Part shown: positions 9,492-19,056 of the stretch, piece after piece
Numbering within the stretch: the stretch's first letter is position 1
How the letters are laid out: the number at the start of each line of letters is the position of its first letter
From: Nitrospinota bacterium
Lineage (GTDB): Bacteria; Nitrospinota_A; UBA7883
Assembly: GCA_029881335.1 (NCBI GenBank)
Contig: JAOUMU010000003.1
Span: 1-60,746, forward strand
Direction of reading: 5' to 3'
Length of the DNA: 60,746 nt
Notes under the pieces: generated by a model
Database searches by the model: none
Seen by the model: only the letters and a program-made list of their open reading frames with translations
What the model was told of the DNA's origin: nothing
Made by a program: the position numbers and the translations under genes

Positions 9492-10001
9492 ATGAAAAGA
9501 GTTTTGATGGTGGCGGCGCCGGATAAATTCCGCGACGAGGAACTGGCCATCCCCAGGCAGGTCCTGGAGGCGAAAGGGGCCGAGGTGACTCTGGTTTCCA
9601 CCAGGGCAGGCGTCATAAATGGTATGTTGGGCGCCACAGCCCAGGCCGGGGATATCGCTGAATCCGCAGGCGCCATTTTCGACGCCGTGATCGTTGTGGG
9701 GGGCGCTGGCGCCCCAGAGGCCCTGTGGGACAATAATATCCTGCGCCAAATCCTTAAGACACATCACGCCGCCGGGAAAGTGGTGGCGGCCGTATGCCTT
9801 GCCGGCGCGGCGTTGGCCAGGGCTGGAATCCTGTCGGGAATCGAAGCGACGGTGTTCAAGACCGAAACCTCCATGAAGGTGTACAGGGAGTGTGGTGTTA
9901 TTTTCCGCGAGAAACCGGTGGTGACATCCGGAAAAGTGATCACCGCCAATGGCCCGGCTGCGGCTCGGGAATTCGCCCTGGCGGTGGCGGCGGCGATGTA
10001 G
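9492..10001 (+). CDS. DJ-1/PfpI family protein
   Basis: 169-aa ORF. MKRVLMVAAPDKFRDEELAIPRQVLEAKGAEV start and nucleophile-elbow-like AAVCLAGAALARAGIL. Confidence 0.82.
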   Translation: MKRVLMVAAPDKFRDEELAIPRQVLEAKGAEVTLVSTRAGVINGMLGATAQAGDIAESAGAIFDAVIVVGGAGAPEALWDNNILRQILKTHHAAGKVVAAVCLAGAALARAGILSGIEATVFKTETSMKVYRECGVIFREKPVVTSGKVITANGPAAAREFALAVAAAM

Positions 10002-10206
10002 GAGAAAGATACAATCTCCCCTGAGTTCGAGGCGCCATCTTTGCCTTGGGTCCCTCTCTTCCCCCCCTTTCATCACCCTTCATGAGGTTCGCCCTGTCCG
10101 TCCTATTCCTTTTGTGTATAAACCTGGATGGGCGTAGGATAGAATATGCAAGTGGCCCATGACGGTTTTGCGTTTTGACAACAGAAACGATTTTGCGGAG
10201 ATATCA

Positions 10207-10752
10207 ATGTTAAATATTGCGCGAGCGGCGGTGATTGTGGCGATGCTGGCGGCCCCGGCGGCCGCCCAGAACTTCGAGGCGGCAAATGTGGAGAACCTGC
10301 GGTCGGTCCTTTCCGGATACCATGAAGTCCCCGGTCCGGACTACTGGCAGAAGCTGGACGCAAACATGGCCAGGGCGTCGCTTCTGAGGCTTTCCGCCGA
10401 CAAGAATGAGCTTATCCACATCAGGACCAGGGCCTTGTCGGCATTGGCCAACTTTGTAGATCCTCAGGTGGAGCGGAGCCTTATTCAAATATTCAACAGC
10501 CAGGAACGCGGCTATTTACGCGCGGCGGCGTTGAACACATATTCCGCGATCCGGGGCCGAGAGGCTGTGCCCGCGCTGGAGAAAGGCCTGTCCGACAAGG
10601 ATGAGATCGTCAAAATTTCAGCCATCAGGGGCCTGGGCCGCGTGGGAGGAGAGCAGGCGGCGCGCATCCTTCAACGCGCCATGCATACGGAAATTGACCC
10701 CGTGGCCAAGGACGCCATGGCCCGCTCCCTGCGAAGCGTCTCCGGGCGCTAA
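10207..10752 (+). CDS. secreted HEAT-repeat protein
   Basis: ORF 10159..10752. The ATG at 10207 gives a signal peptide (MLNIARAAVIVAMLAAPAAAQ). Repeated R.AL.ALA / AA.N.Y..I / ISAIRGLGRVGGEQA HEAT-like helices. Confidence 0.62.
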   Translation: MLNIARAAVIVAMLAAPAAAQNFEAANVENLRSVLSGYHEVPGPDYWQKLDANMARASLLRLSADKNELIHIRTRALSALANFVDPQVERSLIQIFNSQERGYLRAAALNTYSAIRGREAVPALEKGLSDKDEIVKISAIRGLGRVGGEQAARILQRAMHTEIDPVAKDAMARSLRSVSGR

Positions 10753-10770
10753 GCCACCGAGGCTCAAGCC

Positions 10771-11688
10771 ATGGACGCCGTCATCCTCTGCGGCGATAAG
10801 GGAGCAAGCCGCATGGTGGAAGGGGAGTCGAAAGCCTTTCTATTCATGCACGGCATGCCTCTGTTCCTGAGAGTGGCTCTGGCCGCTGACGAGGTGGACC
10901 GGGTGGCCCGGCTTTTTATTATCGGCAACAAGGCCAAGATCGATCTCCACCTCTCCCGCCATCCACCACTGTCAAAGCCGGTGGTCACCCTGGAGCAGGA
11001 AGGCTCGCTGCTGGAAAACATCCTGGCAGGATTTATCGCCACCATAGATGGCTATCAGCCCGGAATGGAGAGCAGGGACCCCTCCATCAGGGAGAAAGTG
11101 GTGGCGCTTATGCCAGGAGACGCGCCCTTGCTCCACCCGGCGGAGATCAACGAGTTTCTGGATGGAGCGGACATGGAGAAATCCGATTACGTGGCCGGGC
11201 TGACCCCCGACCATGTGATGGCCCGCTACTGTCCGGCTGGTGACAAACCCGGTATCTCGATGGCCTATATGCACTTCCGGGAGGGGAGGTTTCGCATCAA
11301 CAACCTTCATGTCGCCCGCCCTTTCGCCTGCCGGAACAAGGATGTTATACAGCTCATATACGCTTCCCGCTATCAGAAGGACATCAAGAATATCATCCGG
11401 CTGACCAGGGATATGTTGGCGCATCATGTGAAGACGCAAAGCCTTTTTCTATACGCCAGACTGCAGGTGGCCATGTTTCTTTCATTCGTACGGCTACGGT
11501 TTCTCAGCGACATCATCCGGAGGCGCATTCCTATGGAATCCGTGGCGGAAGCCGCCGGCAGAATACTGGGTATGCGTGTCAGTTGGTCGGTGACCAACCG
11601 GGGAGGGGCGGCGTTGGATGTGGATAACGACATCGACTACGAAACGATGAAGAAAATGTTTCACCGCTGGAAAGGTATGCAGGAATGA
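10771..11688 (+). CDS. MobA-like NTP-transferase family protein
   Basis: 305-aa ORF. N-terminal nucleotide-binding loop AVILCGDKGASRM ... KAFL..HGMPL and MPGDAPLL motif. Confidence 0.68.
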   Translation: MDAVILCGDKGASRMVEGESKAFLFMHGMPLFLRVALAADEVDRVARLFIIGNKAKIDLHLSRHPPLSKPVVTLEQEGSLLENILAGFIATIDGYQPGMESRDPSIREKVVALMPGDAPLLHPAEINEFLDGADMEKSDYVAGLTPDHVMARYCPAGDKPGISMAYMHFREGRFRINNLHVARPFACRNKDVIQLIYASRYQKDIKNIIRLTRDMLAHHVKTQSLFLYARLQVAMFLSFVRLRFLSDIIRRRIPMESVAEAAGRILGMRVSWSVTNRGGAALDVDNDIDYETMKKMFHRWKGMQE

Positions 11689-12569
11689 AACTTGCCCCAC
11701 TGCTTGCCGGGACGATACTCCTTCTGTGCCCGGAGCAGGCATGGGCATGGGGCGCCGGAGTGCATGTGGCCCAGGGAACCTATATCCTGGAGCACTTGGC
11801 CCTTATCCGTCCGGAAATAGCCGCCATAATACAGGCCTATCCGATGGATTACATATACGGTTGTATCAGCGCCGATATTTTCATAGGCAAAGGGGTGAAA
11901 CGCCGCCCGGACCACTGCCACAACTGGAGCGTGGGGATGGCCACCCTGGACAAAGCCAGCACAGATTCCACCAGGGCATACTCCTATGGCTACTTGACCC
12001 ATCTGGCCGCGGACGTGATCGCCCACAACTTCTTCATACCCCGGCTGCTGTGCCTCACACCGGCCACCAGCGGTGTGGGGCATGTGTACTGGGAGTTTCG
12101 GGCGGACAGGTTTGTCGAGAAGAGACATTGGAAGCTGGCCACCCATGTGGTCTCCATGCACAACCGGGACAACGACGATCATATCAAGAATATCGTCAGC
12201 CGCGCCAAATTCGGCTTCCCCGTAAGGAAAATGGTGTACAAAAGAGCGGTCCACTTGTCAGACCTGACCCTGTGGCGCGATTACGTCACCTCCACCGTTA
12301 CCTTCGGCCGGGCGGGCAAGGTCACCCGCAGGGGGGTGAACCTACTGAACAGTTACTCGCTGAACCTGATATTGGACCTTTTCACCAACATGGAAGACTC
12401 GGTTTGCCTGCGATATGACCCGGTGGGCACAGACTACATAGTCATGGCGCGCCACATCCGCCGGGCAGGACGCGTCTCCAGGAAGAATATCTCCATAGAC
12501 GAAATATTCGCCCCCCCCAGCGAGATCCTGGACCTGAAGTACCTGGACCACGATCAACAGACCATCTAG
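11685..12569 (+). CDS. zinc-dependent phospholipase C-like family protein
   Basis: 294-aa ORF. Its start overlaps the upstream stop (ATGA). Signal peptide then WGAGVHV ... YIYGCISADIF ... HNW ... YGYLTHLAADVIAHNFF histidine/aspartate pattern. Confidence 0.68.
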   Translation: MKLAPLLAGTILLLCPEQAWAWGAGVHVAQGTYILEHLALIRPEIAAIIQAYPMDYIYGCISADIFIGKGVKRRPDHCHNWSVGMATLDKASTDSTRAYSYGYLTHLAADVIAHNFFIPRLLCLTPATSGVGHVYWEFRADRFVEKRHWKLATHVVSMHNRDNDDHIKNIVSRAKFGFPVRKMVYKRAVHLSDLTLWRDYVTSTVTFGRAGKVTRRGVNLLNSYSLNLILDLFTNMEDSVCLRYDPVGTDYIVMARHIRRAGRVSRKNISIDEIFAPPSEILDLKYLDHDQQTI

Positions 12570-12647
12570 CTGGCGCAATCCGGCTCCCGGACTGGCTTCC
12601 CCTGTCCCCCTTCGAGAACGTCGCAGCCCGAAGGCGGAGCGACCGGT

Positions 12648-13415
12648 CTACCTCTTTTCCCGCTTCATATCCAGGGATTTCATGAAGGGCTCTATGAAGT
12701 CCATGGGTAGCGGAACGATGATGGTGGTCGATTTCTCGTTGCTCATTTCCCGCATGGTCTGCAGATATCGCAGGGTCAGCGCCGCAGGAGTTTTTTCCAT
12801 GATGGCGGCAGCTTCCGAAAGCCTGGTGGACGCCTGATATTCACCCTCGGCGTTGATCACCTTCGCCCGGCGTTCGCGTTCCGCTTCGGCCTGGCGGGCC
12901 ATGGCCCTCTGCATATCCAAAGGCAGGTCCACATGCTTTATCTCCACGTTGGAAACCTTGATCCCCCATGGATCGGTGCGCATATCCAGTATCTGCTGAA
13001 GCTTGGTATTGATATTGTCCCGCTCGGACAATAGCTCGTCCAGTTCCACTTGCCCCAGTACGGAGCGCAAGCTGGTCTGGGCCAATTGCCCTGTGGCGTA
13101 GAAGTAGTCCTCCACCTTGACGATGGCCTTCTCCGCGTCCATCACCCGGTAATAGACCACGGCATTCACCTTCAAGGAGACGTTGTCGCGCGTGATGATA
13201 TCCTGGGTGGGCACGTCCAGGGCGATCACCCGGATCGACACACGCACCAGCGTCTCCACGCCGGGGATGATAAACCGGATACCAGGCTGGCGGACCGAGT
13301 GAAGCTTTCCGAATCTGAATACCACGGCTCTTTCAAATTCATAGATGAACTTGATGCTGATCAGCGCAACAAAGCCCAACAGGGCCAGGAAAAATCCAAG
13401 ACCGAAAACTGGCAT
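12648..13415 (-). CDS. SPFH/Band 7 (stomatin-like, slipin) membrane protein
   Basis: 255-aa ORF. N-terminal TM helix, then [13 protein letters not shown] ... [11 protein letters not shown] ... coiled-coil [17 protein letters not shown]. Confidence 0.9.
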   Translation of the reverse strand: MPVFGLGFFLALLGFVALISIKFIYEFERAVVFRFGKLHSVRQPGIRFIIPGVETLVRVSIRVIALDVPTQDIITRDNVSLKVNAVVYYRVMDAEKAIVKVEDYFYATGQLAQTSLRSVLGQVELDELLSERDNINTKLQQILDMRTDPWGIKVSNVEIKHVDLPLDMQRAMARQAEAERERRAKVINAEGEYQASTRLSEAAAIMEKTPAALTLRYLQTMREMSNEKSTTIIVPLPMDFIEPFMKSLDMKREKR

Positions 13416-13625
13416 TTCAAACCCTCCAAGTCAAAGTGTTCATTGGCGCCATGCTCCTCCGGTTTGCAGACTTTCAAGCCCACCGCTTTTCTACAGCGCC
13501 TATCACACCCCCATGATACTAGATTCGCCCATTCGCCGTCTTGTGTAATCGGACGGCCACGCCCGATCAGCCCTAAGCTCTACCATTGGGACGGGCATAG
13601 GTCTATAATGTTTCAAAGGGAGAGT

Positions 13626-14417
13626 ATGATGCCAAATAAAAATATCATAAACGCGGCCAGGGGGCTGTCCGCCGTCATCCTCACCGTGATCCTGTCCACC
13701 GGGGCCATGGCTGACGCCGAGACAAACCAGGAAAAAGCGGTACGTATTCTGGAACGAGTGGACGACATGTGGCGCGGAGAGAGCTCCCGGGGCGTGTTCT
13801 CCATGGAAGTAAGAACCAAGCGATATAAAAGGAAGCTCTCCCTGGAGGCGTGGAGCAAGGGCAAAGACTTGTCACTGGTGGTGATCAAGGCGCCGGTGAA
13901 GGAGAAAGGAACCGCCACCTTGAAAAGCGGAACCAGCATATACACATACCTGCCAAAGACCGACCGGACCATCCGGCTCACATCCGGAATGATGATGGGC
14001 TCCTGGATGGGGAGCCATTTCACCAACGACGATCTGGTGAAGGAATCGCGCATGTCAGACGATTACGACGTTTCCATCATCTTCGATGGGGAGCGGGACG
14101 GCCAGATGGTATACGAGTTCGAGCTGATCCCGAAGCCGGACGCGGCCGTGGTGTGGGGCAAGATAACCATTGCGGTGCGCCAGGACGACCTGATGCCGAT
14201 AGTCTCCACATATTTCGACGAGGATATGGAGAAGATGAGGACCATGGATTTTTTCGACATAAAGACGATGGGTGGGCGAAAGTTCCCCGCCACATTGCGG
14301 GTGACACCGGAAGACAAACCGGACGAGTACACCGAGGTGGTGTACCACGAGATGGAATTCGACATCCCTATCGACGATTCGGATTTTTCCATCGCCGCGC
14401 TGAAGAGAAGCAAATAA
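13626..14417 (+). CDS. outer-membrane lipoprotein-sorting (LolA-like) periplasmic protein
   Basis: The real gene is the 3' part of ORF 13050..14417. ATG ATG at 13626/13629 follows GGGAGAG. Signal peptide (LSAVILTVILSTGAMA). LolA_like pattern SLVVIKAPVKEKGTATL ... YTYLPKTDRTIRL ... GSHFTNDDL. Confidence 0.75.
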   Translation: MMPNKNIINAARGLSAVILTVILSTGAMADAETNQEKAVRILERVDDMWRGESSRGVFSMEVRTKRYKRKLSLEAWSKGKDLSLVVIKAPVKEKGTATLKSGTSIYTYLPKTDRTIRLTSGMMMGSWMGSHFTNDDLVKESRMSDDYDVSIIFDGERDGQMVYEFELIPKPDAAVVWGKITIAVRQDDLMPIVSTYFDEDMEKMRTMDFFDIKTMGGRKFPATLRVTPEDKPDEYTEVVYHEMEFDIPIDDSDFSIAALKRSK

Positions 14418-14426
14418 AAGAGCGCC

Positions 14427-15647
14427 ATGAATATCCTGCCCCTGGCTTATCGCAACATCTGGCGGCGCAAGCTGCGCGCGGTCACCACTATAGGCGCGAT
14501 GGCGTTCGCCGGGGCTATCATGATCTTCTACTCCTCGCTGATGTTGGGGATGCTGGAGGCGCTGGAGCGAAACCTTATCATTATGAACATGGGGGACGCG
14601 CAGATACACAAGGAAGGCTACCGTAGCGACCCGGACCTGTACACAAGGATTGATGGATATGAAAAGATTCTCCAGGATCTCGAAGCCCTAGGTTTCAAGG
14701 CCTCCCCCAGGCTGTTCGGCTTCGGGCTGGTGGCCCACGAGCAAAATTCGGCCGGTGTCTCCATCATGGGAGTTGACATAGAGCGGGAGAAATCCGTCAC
14801 CCAGACATACAAGCACCTCTCCTCCGGCGTCTGGCTGGACGACAGCGATCCCAACGGAGTGGTCCTTGGCAGAAAACTGGCCAAAATCCTGAACGTGCGA
14901 CAGGGAGATGAACTGGTGCTGGTGAGCCAGGCGGCGGATGGCTCCATGGCCAACGACCTGTACCAGGTCCGCGGTGTGCTAAAGGGTGTGGGAGACGCGG
15001 TGGACAGGGGCTCCCTGTTTATGACGCAGCAGGCCCTGCGCGATTTCATGTACATCCCGGATGGGGTCCACGAGATCGTAGTCCTGCGCAATGACAGGAA
15101 TGAGCCTTTGGACGAGGCGATGGAGCAGATAATTCAGGTGGCGGGCGGAAACGAGGCAAAAAGCTGGAAGCAGCTACAGCCGCTAATGGCCAGCCTCATG
15201 GAAGTTTCCGACGCCAGCTTGATAGTGATGGTGCTGATCATGTACGCCGCCGTGGGAATGGTGTCGCTAAACGCCATGCTGATGAGCGTCTTCGAGCGGA
15301 TTCGGGAATTCGGAATAATGAAAGCCCTTGGCGTGTCACCGTTGCAGGTCATGGCCGTAGTGGTCCTGGAAGCGGCCATACAGGTGACAATCGCATGCGC
15401 CCTGGCCATGGCGGCAGGGATCCCTCTCTCCATGTATTTCGAAACTCATGGAATCAACTTCTCCGCCCTGGGAGAGGGTGTAAGCCTAGGAGGGGTCACC
15501 TGGGATCCGACCATCTTCTGCCATCTCACCACTCGGGCCATTGTCACTCCCTTGGTCACCCTGGTGGTGATAGTACTCCTGGCGGTGATATATCCCGGCA
15601 TTAAGGCCGCGGTGATCAGACCTGTGGAAGCGATCCACCATATATGA
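14427..15647 (+). CDS. ABC transporter permease, FtsX/MacB/LolE-like
   Basis: 406-aa ORF. N-terminal LAYRNIWRRKLRA, large periplasmic domain, C-terminal FtsX-type 3-TM bundle (RIREFGIMKALGVSP). Confidence 0.88.
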   Translation: MNILPLAYRNIWRRKLRAVTTIGAMAFAGAIMIFYSSLMLGMLEALERNLIIMNMGDAQIHKEGYRSDPDLYTRIDGYEKILQDLEALGFKASPRLFGFGLVAHEQNSAGVSIMGVDIEREKSVTQTYKHLSSGVWLDDSDPNGVVLGRKLAKILNVRQGDELVLVSQAADGSMANDLYQVRGVLKGVGDAVDRGSLFMTQQALRDFMYIPDGVHEIVVLRNDRNEPLDEAMEQIIQVAGGNEAKSWKQLQPLMASLMEVSDASLIVMVLIMYAAVGMVSLNAMLMSVFERIREFGIMKALGVSPLQVMAVVVLEAAIQVTIACALAMAAGIPLSMYFETHGINFSALGEGVSLGGVTWDPTIFCHLTTRAIVTPLVTLVVIVLLAVIYPGIKAAVIRPVEAIHHI

Positions 15648-15666
15648 GACAGGAGCGGGAGGTAAA

Positions 15667-16908
15667 ATGTTAGTGAAGCTGGCCTGGCGAAGTCTTTGGC
15701 GGCGCAAACGCAGGACGTTCATCACCTGCTTCACCGTCGCAGGCGGGATATTGCTCTCTGTGGTATTTACCGGCTCCGGCGATTACACCTACACACAGAT
15801 CATAGACACCAGCGCCACCATGGGCCTGGGGCACATAACGGTGGAGCCGAAAGGGTACAACGACATCCCCACACTCCAGAAGAGGATGAAAAACACATCT
15901 TTGGTCCGAGAAACGGCGCTGAATATCCCCAGGGTCACGGCGGCCGCCGAGCGGATTACGGGGATGGCCATGTTCGCCAGCGCGGCAAAAAGCGTGGGGG
16001 GTATTTTCTTCGCGGTGGATCCGGCCCATGAAACCGCCAAGATAAACACCTTCGTCCGCGCCATGGTGGAAGGCGAGATGCCGCCAGACGCCGATGGGCG
16101 CAAGATCGTGATCGGGGCCAAAATGGCGGAAAAGCTTAAGATCGGCCTGGGCAAGAAACTGGTCTACACAATGACCGATGTGGATGGGGAAATCGTCAGC
16201 GAAGTGGGGCGCGTATCGGGCATATTCAAAACAGGCGTCGAAGAGGTGGATGGCGCGTTTGCCCTCATACCCATAAACCGCATGCGCAAGGTGCTCAAAT
16301 ACGCGCCGGACGAGGCCACCATGGTGGCGGTGTTTATCGATGACCAACGAAGAGTGGACGGGGTGGGCGGCCTTATCGCCTCCGCCCTGGGAAACGATAG
16401 CCTTGAGGTGCTCAACTGGAAGACCACCCAAAAAGAGGTCTCCGGAATGATCAAGGTGGACCGGAGCGGAAACTATCTGTCCCAGTTTCTGGTGGGGCTC
16501 CTTATCGCGGCAGGGATCCTGAACACCATCTTCATGAGCGTGCTGGAACGCCAGCGGGAATTCGGGGTGATGCTGGCTGTAGGATTGAAGCCTGGCTCGC
16601 TGTTCAGGCTGGTGGTTCTGGAATCGCTTTTTATCGCGATAGTGGGCTTGATAATGGGGATCATCCTTACCGCTCCATTCTTTTATTACCTCTATTATCA
16701 AGGGCTGGATCTGCGGCAATTTGCGGACAACATGGAAGGATACGCCGTTGGTGGGACCGTGGTGGATCCAATTATGAAAATCCGTTTGTTCAAGGAGAGT
16801 GCCATCGCCATCCTGATTGGTGTGTTCGGTTTGACGATCTTGGCCGGATTGTACCCAGCCTGGAGAGCCGGCCGACAGGCGCCTGTGGAGAGCCTGAAAA
16901 CCATATGA
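15667..16908 (+). CDS. ABC transporter permease, FtsX/MacB/LolC-like (second copy)
   Basis: 413-aa ORF. LAWRSLWRRKRRT start, periplasmic domain, RQREFGVMLAVGLKP FtsX motif. Confidence 0.88.
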   Translation: MLVKLAWRSLWRRKRRTFITCFTVAGGILLSVVFTGSGDYTYTQIIDTSATMGLGHITVEPKGYNDIPTLQKRMKNTSLVRETALNIPRVTAAAERITGMAMFASAAKSVGGIFFAVDPAHETAKINTFVRAMVEGEMPPDADGRKIVIGAKMAEKLKIGLGKKLVYTMTDVDGEIVSEVGRVSGIFKTGVEEVDGAFALIPINRMRKVLKYAPDEATMVAVFIDDQRRVDGVGGLIASALGNDSLEVLNWKTTQKEVSGMIKVDRSGNYLSQFLVGLLIAAGILNTIFMSVLERQREFGVMLAVGLKPGSLFRLVVLESLFIAIVGLIMGIILTAPFFYYLYYQGLDLRQFADNMEGYAVGGTVVDPIMKIRLFKESAIAILIGVFGLTILAGLYPAWRAGRQAPVESLKTI

Positions 16909-17654
16909 GCAATGCAAGCCAGGGCAAGGTGTGGCAGGATCCGCGACAGGCGGCAAGTTACCTGGCTCATGCCCGAGGGGCCATCCCCCTTGCCGCGGAG
17001 CAGCTGCGACTGGCTGTGGGCCTGGCGGAAACCATGGCGACGAAGGTGGAGAGAATCCTGGACCTGGGGTGCGGTGATGGCGTGATGGGCATGGCCATGG
17101 TGGAAAGATGGCCCGGCGCCACTTTAACCCTGGCCGACTTTTCAGATACAATGTTGACAGCCGCCAGCCAAAGAGCGGAGGCGGCGGGAGTGGACGCGAA
17201 CCTGGTCAATCTCGACTATTCCGATCCTTCATGGCCAAGCCTGGTGTCCGGGCGTGGTTCGTTCGACCTGGTGGTGTCCGGTTTTTCCATCCACCATCAG
17301 ACAGGAGGGCGGAAGGAGGAAGTCTACCAAGAGGTGTTCGGTCTGCTGACGACGGGGGGGGTGTTCCTGAATCTGGATAACGTATCCTCCCCCACCGAAA
17401 AGCTGGCCCGGTTTTTTGAACTAGACTTTGTGGACGCGCTGGTTTCCGAAAGAGTCCACAAGGGGCTGGCGGCGGACCGGGAAGCGATATTTGGCGAATG
17501 GTGGACGCGACGAAAAGAGGATCTTGCCTGCTGTTCGCCATTGGAGGATCAGCTGGGGTGGTTGCGCGATATCGGCTTTGAAAACGTTGATTGTTATTTC
17601 AAGTATCTTGAATTCGCGCTGTTCGGCGGAAGCAGGCCGATGGCAGGTATATGA
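16905..17654 (+). CDS. class I SAM-dependent methyltransferase
   Basis: 249-aa ORF. ATGA overlap with the upstream permease. Motif I ILDLGCGDGVMG; post-I LADFSDTML. Confidence 0.84.
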   Translation: MSNASQGKVWQDPRQAASYLAHARGAIPLAAEQLRLAVGLAETMATKVERILDLGCGDGVMGMAMVERWPGATLTLADFSDTMLTAASQRAEAAGVDANLVNLDYSDPSWPSLVSGRGSFDLVVSGFSIHHQTGGRKEEVYQEVFGLLTTGGVFLNLDNVSSPTEKLARFFELDFVDALVSERVHKGLAADREAIFGEWWTRRKEDLACCSPLEDQLGWLRDIGFENVDCYFKYLEFALFGGSRPMAGI

Positions 17655-17671
17655 CAGGAAAGTAGTCACAT

Positions 17672-18196
17672 ATGAAGTTTGGGGAGTTTTACATTCAGAC
17701 CGCTATCATGGCAGGCATCGCCTTGGTCCTGGTGGCGATAGGTTACTTGAAAGGGGACGGGCAGCATATAAAAGGGCTTCAATCCGGGCTTGGTATGATT
17801 GTGCCCACCTTGCCGCTGATCCTGGCTGCGTTTATTGTGGCCGGATTGATGCAAGCGCTGATTCCAAAGGATGTGGTGGTTCGATGGCTGGGGGCCGACG
17901 CCGGACTGCGCGGAATTGCCGTGGGCGCCATGGCCGGCGCCTTCACCCCTGGCGGGCCGTTCACCAGCTTTCCCATAGCCGCCGGACTGGTGAAAGCGGG
18001 CGCCTCCATCGGGCCCGTGGTGGCTTTTCTTTCCGGATGGCTGTTGTTGGGTGTCACAAAGCTGCCATTGGAGGTTGGATTTGTGGGTTGGCAGGTGACT
18101 CTGGCGCGGGTAGGGTCCACCTTTTTTGTCCCATTTCTTGCCGGATGGATCGCGCAGACGCTGTTCTCCAGGCTCGGCACGGGGGTGGCCCAATGA
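17672..18196 (+). CDS. small polytopic membrane protein, half-size permease (ArsP_1/PF03773-like)
   Basis: 174-aa ORF, strongly hydrophobic, with GAFTPGGPFTSFPIAAGL-type motif. The overlapping ORFs 17428..18297(+) and 17666..18226(-) look non-coding. Confidence 0.62.
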   Translation: MKFGEFYIQTAIMAGIALVLVAIGYLKGDGQHIKGLQSGLGMIVPTLPLILAAFIVAGLMQALIPKDVVVRWLGADAGLRGIAVGAMAGAFTPGGPFTSFPIAAGLVKAGASIGPVVAFLSGWLLLGVTKLPLEVGFVGWQVTLARVGSTFFVPFLAGWIAQTLFSRLGTGVAQ

Positions 18197-18287
18197 TCCA
18201 ATTATGGCCCCCAACATTGCGACCACACGATATAATGAGCGATAGGATTTGTATTACGATACTCTCATATTTACATAGCCAAGGAGA

Positions 18288-19052
18288 ATGGAAGTGAGAT
18301 CAGCGATATTTATCTCGGCGTTGGCGTTGGCTCTTTGCGTCCAGCCCGCTCTGGCCCAGACGGCGATTGTGTATATCCAGGCGGGGGATAACCTGCGCGC
18401 TAAATTCGACAACAAAGGAGCGTTGGAGCAGTATCGCAAGGCGCTAGAGCAGAATCCCGAAAGTGTGGTGGCGCAAACCAGACTGAGCCAGGCCCTGGTG
18501 GATAATGGCGAGGATCTGGATTCGAAAGAGTCGGAAAAGTACTATACCGAGGCCATGAACGTGGCAAAACAGGTGGTGGAGGGCAATCCATCCTTGGGCG
18601 AGGGGCACTACCTGCTGGCGCTGGCCACCGGCAAGCTGGCGCTGTTCCGCGGTGGAAAGGAAAAGGTGAGGCTCTCCCGGGAAGTGGAACAAAGCGGCGT
18701 GAAGGCGCTGGGACTGGACCCAAAACACTCCCGTGGGCACATTCTGATGGGCGTTTACTACAGGGAGATAGCGAACCTGAACTGGGCGCTGAAAATGTTC
18801 GCCAACACATTTTTCGGCGGTCTGCCAAAGGGGACAAATGAAGACGCGATCCTGGAGCTGAACAAGGCGTTGGAGCTGGATCCGACGTCGATTCGCGCTT
18901 GGTTCGAACTTGGTAAAACCCACGAGGTCATGGGCGATGACGAAGCTGCGGCCAAGGAATACAGAAGCGCCATTAACCTGCCCCTCACCGACCATCTGGA
19001 CGCTAGATTTATCGCCGAATCAAAACTCGGGTTACAACGGGTGGGCGAATAA
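18288..19052 (+). CDS. secreted TPR-repeat protein
   Basis: 254-aa ORF. Signal peptide ALALALCVQPALAQ. TPR-like ALEQYRKALEQNPES ... LNKALELDPTS ... AAKEYRSAINL. A GTG at 18294 is an alternative start. Confidence 0.68.
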   Translation: MEVRSAIFISALALALCVQPALAQTAIVYIQAGDNLRAKFDNKGALEQYRKALEQNPESVVAQTRLSQALVDNGEDLDSKESEKYYTEAMNVAKQVVEGNPSLGEGHYLLALATGKLALFRGGKEKVRLSREVEQSGVKALGLDPKHSRGHILMGVYYREIANLNWALKMFANTFFGGLPKGTNEDAILELNKALELDPTSIRAWFELGKTHEVMGDDEAAAKEYRSAINLPLTDHLDARFIAESKLGLQRVGE

Positions 19053-19056
19053 TACG

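Noticed and set aside
13050-13625. The N-terminal 190 codons of ORF 13050..14417, which overlap the SPFH gene on the other strand.
   Set aside because: The recognisable LolA-like protein begins with a signal peptide at 13626, after an RBS. The upstream extension is antisense to the well-supported SPFH gene and looks like noise.
15670-17151. Very long antisense ORFs: 15670..17151 (493 aa), 46513..47799 (428 aa), 54978..56240 (420 aa), 6480..7625 (381 aa) and 9273..10076 (267 aa).
   Set aside because: Each lies opposite a gene with unmistakable family motifs (FtsX permease, KorA, Pgk/TpiA, RecN, DJ-1). Their translations are low-complexity and rich in Arg, Pro, Gly and His, as expected for stop-poor antisense frames in GC-rich DNA.
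17428-18297. A 289-aa ORF on the plus strand and a 186-aa ORF on the minus strand, both overlapping the small permease gene.
   Set aside because: Both are Arg/Gly-rich with no motifs. The 17672..18196 frame gives a coherent multi-TM protein with a proper start just after the methyltransferase.
18896-18912. GGTTCGAA, a tRNA T-arm-like string.
   Set aside because: It lies inside the TPR gene reading frame, with no flanking acceptor or anticodon-arm structure. I found no tRNA, rRNA, tmRNA, SRP RNA or RNase P consensus blocks anywhere in the window.
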